Source of the DNA: Methanothrix sp.
GTDB taxonomy: Archaea; Halobacteriota; Methanosarcinia; Methanotrichales; Methanotrichaceae
Direction of reading: 5' to 3'
DNA: 64,000 nucleotides
Assembly: GCA_026394475.1 (NCBI GenBank)
Contig: JAPKYD010000108.1
Span: forward strand, 2,559-66,558
Part shown: positions 29,685 to 39,648 of the stretch, piece by piece
Numbering within the stretch: the stretch's first letter is position 1
How the letters are laid out: every line of letters begins with the position of its first letter
The notes under the pieces: generated by a model
The model's database searches: none
The model's input: the letters and a program-made list of their open reading frames with translations, nothing else
What the model was told of the DNA's origin: nothing
Program-made: the position numbers and the translations under genes

Positions 29685-30773
29685 ATGTCCGGCAACACCT
29701 TCGGCACTCTATTCCGCATCACCACCTGGGGCGAGTCGCACGGCAGTGCCGTGGGCGTCGTTGTGGACGGCTGCCCGGCAGGTTTGTCTCTAGCTGCAGA
29801 AGATATTCAAAAAGAGCTGGACCGCAGGCGTCCCGGCCAGAGCCGGGCCTCTACAAAACGTCAAGAGGCGGACCGCGTGGAGATCTTATCGGGCATCTTC
29901 GAGGGCAAGACCACCGGTACGCCAATCTCCCTGATGGTCTGGAACAAAGATGCCGACTCATCAGCCTATGATGCTCTTCGGAATACCCCTCGGCCGGGTC
30001 ATGCCGACTACACCTACCAAGCCAAGTACGGCCTTCGCGATCACCGGGGCGGCGGCCGGGCATCCGCGCGGGAGACGGTGGGCCGGGTGGCCGCGGGTGC
30101 TATTGCTAAGAAGCTCCTTCGGCAAGAGGGAATCGAGATCGTCGGATACGTAGCCGAGCTGGGCGGGATAAAGGCCGACATCATTTCTTCGGATATGAGT
30201 GAACTGAGGTCAACAGCCGAGTCCAATCCCGTTCGCTGTCCTGACCCGGCCGCGGCCGAAAAGATGCTCCTGCTTCTGGACCAAGTCCGGCAAGAGGGCG
30301 ACAGCCTGGGGGGCATAGTAGTAGTAGCCGCCAAAGGTGTGCCCGCGGGCCTCGGCGAACCGGTCTTCGACAAGCTGGATGCCGACCTGGCCAAGGCCTT
30401 GATGAGCCTTGGCGCAGTGAAGGCGGTGGAGATTGGCGCCGGCCTGGATAGTGCCCGCCTGCGAGGAAGCGAGATGAACGATCCTATGGTCATCCGAGAA
30501 GGCAAGATCGAGTTTGAGACCAACAACGCGGGGGGCATCTTGGGCGGCATCTCTACGGGTGCTCCAATTGTCTGCAAAATTGCGGTGAAGCCGACTCCTT
30601 CCATTGCTAGGCGACAGCGCACCGTCGATCTCGTTAGGGGCGAGGTCGCAGAGATCGAGATCCGAGGAAGGCACGATCCGGCCATCCCGCCCAGGATCGT
30701 GCCCGTGGCCGAGGCCATGGTGGCTTTGGTCTTAGCGGATCACCTTCTCAGGCAGAGAGCAGCAAGGTTTTGA
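29685..30773 (+). CDS. aroC: Chorismate synthase
   Basis: [40 protein letters not shown]. Confidence 0.97.
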   Translation: MSGNTFGTLFRITTWGESHGSAVGVVVDGCPAGLSLAAEDIQKELDRRRPGQSRASTKRQEADRVEILSGIFEGKTTGTPISLMVWNKDADSSAYDALRNTPRPGHADYTYQAKYGLRDHRGGGRASARETVGRVAAGAIAKKLLRQEGIEIVGYVAELGGIKADIISSDMSELRSTAESNPVRCPDPAAAEKMLLLLDQVRQEGDSLGGIVVVAAKGVPAGLGEPVFDKLDADLAKALMSLGAVKAVEIGAGLDSARLRGSEMNDPMVIREGKIEFETNNAGGILGGISTGAPIVCKIAVKPTPSIARRQRTVDLVRGEVAEIEIRGRHDPAIPPRIVPVAEAMVALVLADHLLRQRAARF

Positions 30774-30777
30774 TAGT

Positions 30778-32535
30778 ATGCCTAAGGAGTTTCGAAGCCT
30801 CATCCCCCTGGAGGAAGCCAAATCGATAGTTCTCGACCATGCCCCCCGGACAGTGGAGGAGGCAGTTCCCTTGGAACGCGCCAGGGGTGCGGTTCTGGCG
30901 GAGAAGATCATCTCTGCCGTGGATGTTCCGGGCTTTTCTCGCGCCTCCATGGACGGTTACGCTGTCCATGCCGCGGATATCCTTGAGTCCAGAGAGGACA
31001 GGCCAGTGCGCCTGCGGCTCGCAGGCAGTGTTCCCATGGGCGCATCCGCGGATGTCCAGGTTGCCAAGGGCGAGGCAGTCGAGGTCTCCACCGGCTCCAT
31101 GATGCCTCCGGGCGCGGACGCGGTGGTCATGATCGAGTACTCCCAGCACGAGGGCGACGAGATCTTGATCCGCAGGCCCGTCCATGCCGGAGAGAATGTG
31201 CAGGCTGCGGGCAGCGACATCGCTCTCGGCGAGGCGGTGCTCTTTCCGGGAACGAGGCTTGCGGCGCGCGAGCTGGGCGTGCTGGCCGCGCTGGGCAGGG
31301 AAAAGGTCAAAGTCAGGAGCCTGCGGGTGGGTGTGGCCTCTACTGGCAACGAGCTTGTGCCACCCGGCCGCCTTCTAGGGCCAGGACAGATCTATGACAT
31401 CAACTCCTACAGCATCGCCGCTGCCGCTGAGGAGTGCCAAGCTACGGCTATCGGCTACGGCATTCTTCCTGATAGGAAAGAAGAGATGTCAAAAGCTCTG
31501 CAAGAGATGGCCAATGAGTGCGGCCTGATCCTGGTGAGCGGCAGCACCTCCGCGGGTGCAGGCGACATGATCTACCAGGTCCTGGATGAGATAGGGGAGA
31601 CGATATTTCACGGCGTGAACCTGAAGCCCGGCAAGCCCACCATCTTCGGCCTGATCGACGGCACGCCCTGCCTGGGCCTGCCCGGCTATCCCGCCAGCGC
31701 CCTGACCGTCTTCGGGCTTCTGGCCGCTCCCGCTATTCAAAAAGCCTTGGGCCTTAAATTTCATGGGAGAAAGCTAACGGGAAGGCTGGCCAGACCCGTG
31801 CGCTCCGAAAGCCGCCAGCAGATGCTGGCCGTAGGCGTCTTTGGGGGCCTGGTCTATCCCGTGGACAAAGGCAGCGGCTCCATCACCACCCTGGCCAGGG
31901 CAGATGGCGTAATCGAAATTCCCGCCGACGTGGAGTACCTGGAGAAAGGCGATGCGGTCGAGGTGCTCCTCTTTGGAGAGCTGGAGGCTCCCGACCTGGT
32001 CGTGGCGGGCGAGAACTCCGTGCTTTTGGAGAAGCTGGCTGAGACCCTGCCCTTCCGGGTCAAGCTGCTCAATGTCGGCTCTGCGTCGGGAATGATCCGC
32101 CTGGAGGACGGGCTGGCGGACCTGGCAGTCGTGTCCGGTCCGCAGAAGCAATCGGGTGGAATAACAGTGCTGAAGGGCTTTCGCCGGGAGCTGGGGCTGA
32201 TCTTCAAGGACGCCAGGGTTTTGCAGGACATCGGACGCAGCCGCATGGTGGGCTGGCCGAGGAATTCGGCAATGAGGGCCATCTGTGAAAGAGTCCTGAA
32301 GGATCAGGGAATTTCAGATCTGAAGTACGTGCGTCTAGCCAGGACGCATTCCGCTGTCGCCACAGCCGTGGCTTCGGGTCAGGCCGACTTTGGCTTCGGG
32401 GAAAAGGAGGCTGCAGAGCAGGCAGGACTTGGCTTCCAGTTCCTGACGGGGGATGAGATCCACTTTCTGGCCGATCCTGCAAAGCTGGACGATCCGGCGT
32501 TGAAATCCTTTATTTCTGCGCTTCAGAAGTCTTGA
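30778..32535 (+). CDS. moeA: Molybdopterin molybdotransferase MoeA fused to a PBP/LysR-type substrate-binding domain
   Basis: RASMDGYAV, STGNEL, DINSY, KPGKP, GLPGYP; C-terminal PBP-like region (THSAVATAVASGQAD). Confidence 0.9.
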   Translation: MPKEFRSLIPLEEAKSIVLDHAPRTVEEAVPLERARGAVLAEKIISAVDVPGFSRASMDGYAVHAADILESREDRPVRLRLAGSVPMGASADVQVAKGEAVEVSTGSMMPPGADAVVMIEYSQHEGDEILIRRPVHAGENVQAAGSDIALGEAVLFPGTRLAARELGVLAALGREKVKVRSLRVGVASTGNELVPPGRLLGPGQIYDINSYSIAAAAEECQATAIGYGILPDRKEEMSKALQEMANECGLILVSGSTSAGAGDMIYQVLDEIGETIFHGVNLKPGKPTIFGLIDGTPCLGLPGYPASALTVFGLLAAPAIQKALGLKFHGRKLTGRLARPVRSESRQQMLAVGVFGGLVYPVDKGSGSITTLARADGVIEIPADVEYLEKGDAVEVLLFGELEAPDLVVAGENSVLLEKLAETLPFRVKLLNVGSASGMIRLEDGLADLAVVSGPQKQSGGITVLKGFRRELGLIFKDARVLQDIGRSRMVGWPRNSAMRAICERVLKDQGISDLKYVRLARTHSAVATAVASGQADFGFGEKEAAEQAGLGFQFLTGDEIHFLADPAKLDDPALKSFISALQKS

Positions 32536-33523
32536 GGGGCGCGCAGGCCTTCGCTTTCCGCTCGTAGTAGCTGAGAGGATGCCTTATCCTGCGGCAGAGT
32601 TCATCCTCACCCGGGCAGTTGCCGTAGGTGGTCATGGTGGCACACGATGGCGGCTTGTACTGGGTTCCGGAGGCGCCGGCGATGTGCTCCACCTGGTACC
32701 TGGTCCTCTCCTCCTCAAAGTCCGGGCTGGTGTTGAAGAGCCGGATGACCTCCTCTGCGGTCATGTTGATCTGCAAAAGAAAGCTCACCAGGGCAAAGCG
32801 CGCGGAATGGGCGAGATTCGCGCCCCTGGCGACCTCGGCCAGCATCCTCCTTATGCAGGGAGGAAAGGCGCTCTCCTCGACCTTTCCCAGGTCAACCTTC
32901 AGGCGGGCTTTTACGATCTCCAGCTCCCCCCGCAGGGGAGTCAGGTAATCCTCAAGCTTGGCACAGACCGTCTCATCCACCGGCAACGGAAGACCTTTTT
33001 GGACCTTCTCCCTGACCGCCTCCTCCAGGAGACGTTTCAGCTCCTCCTCCGTCACGGTGAGATAGCCTTCCTGGAGGTCCCGGTTCACCAACTTCCATTT
33101 GGGGCTATGCATCCTGTGCGCCGCCCGGATGTACTCGGCAAAGTAAAGCTTCCATGGCCCGGACCCCTGAGGATGGAGCCCCAGGTCGTTGGCCAGCAAA
33201 ATCAGCTCCAGCTTTTCATTTTGCATCCTTTTGAAGGCCAGCTTGGCCTCCGCCAGAGCATAGCGGCGCAGGAGAATGGAATCATCCAGGCAGGAGACCA
33301 TGAGTCTGGCCAGGGGATAGGAGAGCAGCTCTGCCAGATGCTCGGCCTCTGAGTTCGCTTGCTTGTCTGGGATTGAGCCGGTTATGGCTCCCTGCACCCG
33401 CTCCGCGGCGCGACTGCGCACAGACTTAAAAGAGGTTTTGCCGAGCAGGTTCTCCAGGGAGTAGCCCAAGCTTCGCACGCGCTCGGCCGCTTCTTGGGTA
33501 AAAGGGTAATCGGATATTCTCAT
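32510..33523 (-). CDS. priL: DNA primase large subunit
   Basis: YPF, WKLVNR, FPPCI, HSARF, YQVEHI, PPSCATM..GNC (Fe-S Cys). Confidence 0.95.
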   Translation of the reverse strand: MRISDYPFTQEAAERVRSLGYSLENLLGKTSFKSVRSRAAERVQGAITGSIPDKQANSEAEHLAELLSYPLARLMVSCLDDSILLRRYALAEAKLAFKRMQNEKLELILLANDLGLHPQGSGPWKLYFAEYIRAAHRMHSPKWKLVNRDLQEGYLTVTEEELKRLLEEAVREKVQKGLPLPVDETVCAKLEDYLTPLRGELEIVKARLKVDLGKVEESAFPPCIRRMLAEVARGANLAHSARFALVSFLLQINMTAEEVIRLFNTSPDFEEERTRYQVEHIAGASGTQYKPPSCATMTTYGNCPGEDELCRRIRHPLSYYERKAKACAPLKTSEAQK

Positions 33524-34254
33524 TCCTGCTCAATGCGCGGAGCCAGCAGGTAGTTGACCTCCACGGACTGGCCGATCTTGAAGTTCACCCGCAGGGGGTA
33601 GTCTATGCCCATCTCCAGGGTGACTTCACCCGCCTTGCCGATGGACTTGGACATGTCTTCCAGATAATCCAGCGAGAAGAGAGATCTGGCCTCGCCCGGC
33701 TTCATGCCCAGCAGTTCCGTGCTGGAGATCTTGAGCTTGAGGGAGTCTATGTCTCCTTTGGCCTCCATGTAGAAGCCCTCGTCTGAGACGCCCAGGATTA
33801 CGTGATCGCTGACCTTCTCCGCGGCCTTCACCGCCCGCCGCAGCTCTACGCCCGGCAAGGTCACGTGCGCTGGCAGATCCAGCTCAGGGATGCGCGGCTC
33901 CTTTCGAATCGCCGTGGGATCGATCAGGCTTAAGGTATAGGACAGAGACCCTACGCCAATTTTCAGCTTGTGGCTCTCCTCGTCCAGCTCCAGTTGAACG
34001 TTCTCGCCCTTGTCGGCCATGCTCAGGACATCGCTAAGGCGTACCAGGTCTACCCCTATTTCACCCTGGTCGGCCTTGAAGAACTCGAAAGCTTCCGCGC
34101 CGATCTTGAGCGATACCATGGCCACGTTAGCCGGGTCTACGGCCTTCAGTTCCAAGCCCTTCTCCGATATGGAGAACTTCACCTCATCCACCAAAGAAGA
34201 GACTGAATCGATCGCATCGCGCAGAGTTTCTGCGTTGATTACTGCCTTGAACAT
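33520..34254 (-). CDS. pcn: DNA polymerase sliding clamp PCNA
   Basis: AVDPANVAMV, SLFSLDYL, YLLAPRIE. Confidence 0.97.
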   Translation of the reverse strand: MFKAVINAETLRDAIDSVSSLVDEVKFSISEKGLELKAVDPANVAMVSLKIGAEAFEFFKADQGEIGVDLVRLSDVLSMADKGENVQLELDEESHKLKIGVGSLSYTLSLIDPTAIRKEPRIPELDLPAHVTLPGVELRRAVKAAEKVSDHVILGVSDEGFYMEAKGDIDSLKLKISSTELLGMKPGEARSLFSLDYLEDMSKSIGKAGEVTLEMGIDYPLRVNFKIGQSVEVNYLLAPRIEQE

Positions 34255-34304
34255 TCCTTGAGCCTCCTGGAAGAGGATAATTTAATATTTGATATAGTTG
34301 ATGC

Positions 34305-34613
34305 TTAGTCGTACTCTCGCCAAGTTTTGTTGCATTTGGTGCAGCGGAAGAAGCGAACCTCGCTCTCATCGGCAGAGCGAAGCTGGCGCAGCCACCAGTA
34401 GGCGACATTGTTGCCGCAATCGGGACACCTGGCATTGGTGGTGGGAAGTCCTGCGGACTCCTGCTCCAGGACGGGAACCACGCGGTCGAGCCGCAAGGTC
34501 TTGCTCACCATGGCCTCGCCCGCGGCTTTCGGCATCTTGTGACCGCATTTCCGGCAGACCATCATGCCGCCTTTCGGCATCATCATGCTCTTGCACTGGG
34601 GACAAAACTCCAT
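34305..34613 (-). CDS. tfs: Transcription elongation factor TFS (RpoM/TFIIS-like)
   Basis: MEFCPQC...CRKC; CPDC...QLRSADE..FFRCTKC. True start is ATG 34613, inside the longer track ORF. Confidence 0.93.
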   Translation of the reverse strand: MEFCPQCKSMMMPKGGMMVCRKCGHKMPKAAGEAMVSKTLRLDRVVPVLEQESAGLPTTNARCPDCGNNVAYWWLRQLRSADESEVRFFRCTKCNKTWREYD

Positions 34614-34682
34614 CGCCAGGGAGTAATCACTCGTCATATTAAAGTTTGCCAATGACCATTGATGGGCAAAGAGAGGCGAGAT

Positions 34683-35348
34683 ATGAGCACGGCCATAAAT
34701 GTGATCTGCTTGGACCGCCCGGGAATGCTGCGCGATATCGCGGGCGTGGTGGCCAAGAGGCAAGGCAACATTGTCTACACCCAGCAGTTCGTGGTGGAAC
34801 GAGGCGTGAACCAGGGCAAGGCATCGGTCTACATGGAGATCGATGGGCTGGCGGAAGGGGTAGACGAGATGGTGGCGGAGCTGGAGGCCTTGGATTCCAT
34901 CTTCGAGGTCTCCATTCACAAGACCTTCGAGAAGATCTACGGCTCTAGGGTGATCATCATAGGAGGCGGAGCCCAGGTAGCCCAGGTAGCCGTGGGCGCC
35001 GTCAATGAAGCCGACCGGCACAACCTGCGAGGAGAGCGCATCAGCGTGGACACCATCCCTCTCGTAGGCGAATCCGCCATTGCCGATGCGGTCAGCGCCG
35101 TAAGCCGACTGCCCCGTGCTTCCATCCTCGTCCTGGCGGGCGCGCTCATGGGCGGGCGCATCACCGAGGAGGTGAAGAAGCTTCAGGCGGAGGGCATACC
35201 GGTCATAGCTCTGAAGATTGCAGGATCGGTTCCCAAGCAGGCTGACCTGGTGGTGACAGATCCCATCCAGGCCGGCACCTTCGCCGTGATGCACGTGGCC
35301 AGCACGGCGATCTTCGATATCCGTAGAGTGCGGGGGCGGGAGTTCTAG
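34683..35348 (+). CDS. ACT-domain protein (methanogen DUF5612-type)
   Basis: DRPGMLRDIAGV ACT motif; GGGAQVAQVA.GA..EADRHNLRGERISVDTIP. Confidence 0.8.
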   Translation: MSTAINVICLDRPGMLRDIAGVVAKRQGNIVYTQQFVVERGVNQGKASVYMEIDGLAEGVDEMVAELEALDSIFEVSIHKTFEKIYGSRVIIIGGGAQVAQVAVGAVNEADRHNLRGERISVDTIPLVGESAIADAVSAVSRLPRASILVLAGALMGGRITEEVKKLQAEGIPVIALKIAGSVPKQADLVVTDPIQAGTFAVMHVASTAIFDIRRVRGREF

Positions 35349-35593
35349 CCTTTGAGGATCGCCGCCAGGTCCAACAGCCTCTCTTCTTCGAAGAGATCCT
35401 CTACGGTGTAGAACTTCTCCTCCACCTGGAGCACAGGCGCGGAAAGGGTGAATACACCACTGATGCGCAGCTCTGTGAGCGCCTCGGGGGTGGTCATGTC
35501 CAGGTTCTCGAAAGAGATGCCCGCCTTTGCCAGCGCTTTTTTAAGCTGTTCGCATTTGGGGCAGGAATTGGTGGAATAGACTCTGTACTTCAA
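35345..35593 (-). CDS. Glutaredoxin/NrdH-like redoxin
   Basis: VYST..CPKC, SAPVL. Confidence 0.85.
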   Translation of the reverse strand: MKYRVYSTNSCPKCEQLKKALAKAGISFENLDMTTPEALTELRISGVFTLSAPVLQVEEKFYTVEDLFEEERLLDLAAILKG

Positions 35594-35605
35594 ACGAATC
35601 CCTCT

Positions 35606-36001
35606 CTAGCGCAGCACCGGGGGGTAGGATTTCTCCGCCCAGACGGCATATCCGCACATAACCGCCCTATCGGCACACTCCCTGCAGCAGGAGAAGTTGG
35701 CCATGTACTCTATACCTTCCATCTCATGCTCGAAGACCTTATTGCAGCTGAAGCCTGAGACCCTTCTGAAATCGAAGCCTTTGCCGAACTCGTGCTCCTC
35801 TACCTCCGGCGGTCGCTCCTCCACCAACCAGTGTCTGGGAAGGAGCACTGGCAGGATGGCCATGTCCATGCCGCATCCGCATGGACCATAAACATCTTCA
35901 AGATCTTTATAAATTATTGCCTTGCATCCGAATTCTCTCATTTTTTGCTCCTCCCTCTCTTCCGGTGTTGCTGCAACGTAATAACATTTACCATTCCACA
36001 T
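35606..36001 (-). CDS. Hypothetical Cys-rich protein
   Basis: 131-aa ORF with CGCG and CCRECADRAVMCG; co-oriented with the redoxin, 12 nt upstream of it. Confidence 0.65.
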   Translation of the reverse strand: MWNGKCYYVAATPEEREEQKMREFGCKAIIYKDLEDVYGPCGCGMDMAILPVLLPRHWLVEERPPEVEEHEFGKGFDFRRVSGFSCNKVFEHEMEGIEYMANFSCCRECADRAVMCGYAVWAEKSYPPVLR

Positions 36002-36278
36002 TCCTGGATTTGCCCTTCCTGATGAGTTTGCAGATTGAATAACCGGATATCCTCGTCGGAATCTTCAAAAAATCCTGATAAAGGAATCCATCCGAAATAA
36101 GAAATCTGGATTTGGGCAAATTATGATGATTCTTCAGAATAGTGCAGACCTTTGCGTTACAAAAATTATATATGGAATTAACGGTGCATAAAATGCCTAT
36201 TAGGGCTTGCAGATCCGGAAGGGTCGTTATTTCTGGCTCTTCTGGCCGCAAAGTCCGGATTTATGAGGTGATAGAAGA

Positions 36279-36509
36279 ATGGCGATACTTCCTGTTGCCC
36301 CGGTGAGCAGGCTCATCCGCGAGGCGGGGGCGAAGAGGGTAAGCGAGGGCGCGAGGGATGCGCTGGCAGAGGTCCTGGAGAGCTATGGCTTAGAGGTGGC
36401 CCGCGAAGCAGTCGGCTGGGCCAGCCACGCCAAGAGGAAGACGGTCAAGGCCGAGGACATAAGAGAGGCAGTCAAAAGAGTTAAGCCTCCCGCGGTCTCT
36501 GAACGGTGA
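36279..36509 (+). CDS. Archaeal histone (HMf family)
   Basis: LPVAPVSRLIREAGAKRVS...HAKRKTVKAEDI; GAGGTG RBS. Confidence 0.93.
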   Translation: MAILPVAPVSRLIREAGAKRVSEGARDALAEVLESYGLEVAREAVGWASHAKRKTVKAEDIREAVKRVKPPAVSER

Positions 36510-36512
36510 TCG

Positions 36513-38414
36513 ATGGCTAATGTTGTCTCCGAGGGGTTAGACTACCGCGCCCTGGGGCTTATATGCGGCATCGAGATTCACCAGCAGCTCGATACCGCAT
36601 GCAAGCTCTTCTGCGGCTGCCCCACAAAGCACCGGGAGGTGGAGGAGTCCAACTTCGAGTTCTTCCGGTATCTTCGGCCCTCGAGAAGTGAGCTGGGTGA
36701 GATAGACCGCGCCGCTCTGGAAGAGGTCCTGGTATCGCGCAAGTTTCTTTACAAATCCTACGATACCACCTGCCTGGTCGAAGCGGACGAAGAGCCTCCG
36801 CGAGAGATAAATCCTGAGGCCCTGGAGATCTCGTTGGTCATCGCCTGCCTGCTCGCCATGAAGATCGTGGACGAGGTGCAGACCATGCGCAAGATGGTGA
36901 TAGACGGCTCCAACACCTCCGGCTTCCAGCGCACGGCCTACATCGGTTCCAAAGGAAGCATCGACACTGCGCAAGGGCCCGTGGGCATTGGCCTCCTCTG
37001 CCTGGAGGAGGAGGCGGCGCGCATCGTTGACGACCGGGGCGACAGCCTGGTCTACTCTCTGGACCGCCTGGGCATCCCTCTGGTGGAGATCGGAACCGCT
37101 CCGGATATCATCTCGCCGGCGCATGCCCGAGAGGTGGCGAAAACCCTGGGAATGATCCTGCGCTCCACAGGGCGTGTCAAACGCGGTTTGGGCACCATCC
37201 GCCAGGATGTGAACGTCTCCATCAAGGGTGGAGCGCGCGTAGAGGTGAAGGGCGTTCAGGACCTGAATCTCATCGACAAGATCGTAGAGCTGGAGGTGCT
37301 GCGCCAGGTCCGGCTGCTGGAGATAAAAGAGGATCTGTTGCGCCGCAAGGCCAGCGGGAACGACAAAATCTGGGATGTCACTGCCCTCTTCTCCGCTACG
37401 AAATCAAAGGTAATAGCCAAGTCCATCAAGAGCGGCGGCGTGGTCCTGGCCTGTCGGCTCGTGGGCTTTGATGGGCTTGTGGGTCGCGAGGTTCAGCCCG
37501 GTCGCCGCCTGGGCACGGAGCTGTCCGACAGAGCGAAGCGAGCCGGAGTGGGCGGCATCTTCCACACCGATGAGCTGCCTGCCTATGGCGTGACCAAGGA
37601 TGAAGTTGAGGCAGTGCGCGGCCTGCTCGCCGCAGACAAGGGCGACTGCGTGGTCATGGTCACCGGCCCCAAGGAGAGGGCCGAGAAGGCGCTGCGGGCA
37701 GTGCAGGTTCGCGCCCGGGAGGCTTTGACCTGCGTGCCGGAGGAGACGCGGCGGGCGCTGCCCGATGGCTGCTCGGAGTATATGCGGCCCCTGCCCGGCT
37801 CGGCCAGGATGTACCCAGAGACGGATGTGCCTTCCGTCGTCGTCACCGACGAGATGCTGGACAAGCTCGAGCTTCCTGAGCTCTTTGCAGCGCGGGCGAG
37901 TCGCTTCCAGCGCGATCATGGTCTCAACCCGGAGCTGGCTCGCGTCATGGCGGCTTCGCCCAACTACCAGCTCTTCGAGGAGATCGTGGCCGAGTTCAAG
38001 GTTCCATCATCCATCGTGGTCCGGGCCCTGGAGACCATCCCCATCGAGCTGGCCAGGGAGGGCGTTTCTGTCTCCCAACTGACAGACCAGCATTTCAGGG
38101 ATGGCTTCGCCCTGGTCGCCTCGGACCGGATCGCCAAGGAGGGTCTGGTGGATCTGCTGCGCGCCCTGGCAAAACATCCAGAAATGAGCGCTGCTGAGGC
38201 TGCCAAGGCCGCAAGCCTGGCGGGCGTGGATGAGGCAGGCGTGGAGGCCGTGGTGAAGGCCGTGCTGGCCAGCAAGGCGGATCTGGTCAAGGCTAAAGGC
38301 GAGAGGGCAGCAGGTCCCCTCATGGGCTTGGTGATGAAGGAGCTGAGGGGTAAAGCAGATGGCGCTTTGGTGAGCGCCATATTGAAGAAGGAAATACAAA
38401 ATATACTGAACTAG
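36513..38414 (+). CDS. gatE: Glu-tRNA(Gln) amidotransferase subunit E
   Basis: GIEIHQQL, KLFC, IDGSNTSGFQRT, RLGIPLVEI, RGLGTIRQDVN, RPLPGSARMYPETD. Confidence 0.97.
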   Translation: MANVVSEGLDYRALGLICGIEIHQQLDTACKLFCGCPTKHREVEESNFEFFRYLRPSRSELGEIDRAALEEVLVSRKFLYKSYDTTCLVEADEEPPREINPEALEISLVIACLLAMKIVDEVQTMRKMVIDGSNTSGFQRTAYIGSKGSIDTAQGPVGIGLLCLEEEAARIVDDRGDSLVYSLDRLGIPLVEIGTAPDIISPAHAREVAKTLGMILRSTGRVKRGLGTIRQDVNVSIKGGARVEVKGVQDLNLIDKIVELEVLRQVRLLEIKEDLLRRKASGNDKIWDVTALFSATKSKVIAKSIKSGGVVLACRLVGFDGLVGREVQPGRRLGTELSDRAKRAGVGGIFHTDELPAYGVTKDEVEAVRGLLAADKGDCVVMVTGPKERAEKALRAVQVRAREALTCVPEETRRALPDGCSEYMRPLPGSARMYPETDVPSVVVTDEMLDKLELPELFAARASRFQRDHGLNPELARVMAASPNYQLFEEIVAEFKVPSSIVVRALETIPIELAREGVSVSQLTDQHFRDGFALVASDRIAKEGLVDLLRALAKHPEMSAAEAAKAASLAGVDEAGVEAVVKAVLASKADLVKAKGERAAGPLMGLVMKELRGKADGALVSAILKKEIQNILN

Positions 38415-39547
38415 TGAGCCCCGAGAAAGCCAAGAAGCCTGATATGCTCCTCTGGGAGGAGACGCTCTTCAAGGACAGGGATCTCTTCGAGCTGGACTAC
38501 CTGCCCGAGCACTTCCTCCACCGTGAAGCGCAGATGAACAGCCTGAAGTTCTGCATTCGGCCCGCCCTACAGGGTGCCAGCCCCGTCAACGCCCTGTGCC
38601 TTGGCCCACCGGGCACAGGGAAGACCACCACGCTCTTCAAGCTCTTTGAGGAGATTGAGGCCCACACCTCCAAGGTCGTTCCCGTGCATGTCAACTGTCA
38701 GATGGACTCCACCAGATATGCGGTCTTCTACCAGCTCTACAAGAAGATCTTCGGGCACGCGCCTCCCTCCAGCGGCATATCCTTCAAGCGCATCTTCGAG
38801 AAGGTGGCCCGGGCCTCTGCAGAGAGGGAACAGGTCCTGATCGTCGCTTTGGACGACATAAACTATCTCTTCCACGAGAAGGAGGTGGACCATGTCTTAT
38901 ACTCCCTCCTGCGGGCCCATGAGACCTGTCCCGGCGCCAAGATGGGCGTGATAGGTGTGTTGAGTGAGCCCACTCTGAACTATGTTCTCGATCCCAGGGT
39001 AGTCTCCGTCTTTCAGACAGAAGAGGTTGTATTTCCCCTTTACACCCGGGAGGAGCTTCGGGATATTCTGTTTCGGAGGGTGCAGCTGGGCTTCTATCCC
39101 GGCGTGATGGCAGAGGATGTCCTGGGGACGGTGGTGGACTACACGGACAGGTCCGGCGATCTGAGGGTGGGAATCGACCTCCTCAAGAGATCCGGGCTCT
39201 CCGCGGAGAAGCGCGCCTCCAAGACTATCTCCGTTCAGGATGTGGAGAGCTCCTACGAGCGCTCCCGACTGGTTCACCTCACCTACGCCCTAAAGGCTCT
39301 GAAAGAGGACGAGCTGAAGGTGCTGCGGCTGGCTGCAAAGCTGGAGAGCTGCCGCGCGGGCGAGCTGTTCAGCCGCTTCCACGAGATGACGGGCACAGGG
39401 TACACCCGCTTCCACGAGATCCTCAATAAGCTGGATGCCATCCGGCTCATCGATACCGATTTCAGTGGCGCAGGCGAGCGGGGCAGAAGCCGCGTCATCC
39501 GCATACGCTACGAGCCAGGGGAGATCCTCAGCCGGATCGGCTCCTGA
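38414..39547 (+). CDS. cdc6: Orc1/Cdc6 family AAA+ replication initiator
   Basis: LDYLPE...HRE, GPPGTGKT, VNC, GDLRVGIDLL, C-terminal wHTH (GERGRSR). Confidence 0.92.
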   Translation: MSPEKAKKPDMLLWEETLFKDRDLFELDYLPEHFLHREAQMNSLKFCIRPALQGASPVNALCLGPPGTGKTTTLFKLFEEIEAHTSKVVPVHVNCQMDSTRYAVFYQLYKKIFGHAPPSSGISFKRIFEKVARASAEREQVLIVALDDINYLFHEKEVDHVLYSLLRAHETCPGAKMGVIGVLSEPTLNYVLDPRVVSVFQTEEVVFPLYTREELRDILFRRVQLGFYPGVMAEDVLGTVVDYTDRSGDLRVGIDLLKRSGLSAEKRASKTISVQDVESSYERSRLVHLTYALKALKEDELKVLRLAAKLESCRAGELFSRFHEMTGTGYTRFHEILNKLDAIRLIDTDFSGAGERGRSRVIRIRYEPGEILSRIGS

Positions 39548-39648
39548 TTTTCTGCAAGAGATCGCTCTATAAAATCCTGATTTGGTAAATTCTCTATATA
39601 GATCATATAGGCAAGGGCTTTAACCGCGAATGTGTTCTCCTCTCATGC

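Noticed and set aside
36001-36270. Short (T/C)GGAT(T/A) words and an 8-bp inverted repeat upstream of the histone gene
   Set aside because: Too short and irregular to distinguish from chance without comparative data.
39548-39648. Replication origin next to cdc6
   Set aside because: The intergenic region is short with no recognisable repeated ORB boxes, and cdc6 is coupled to gatE.
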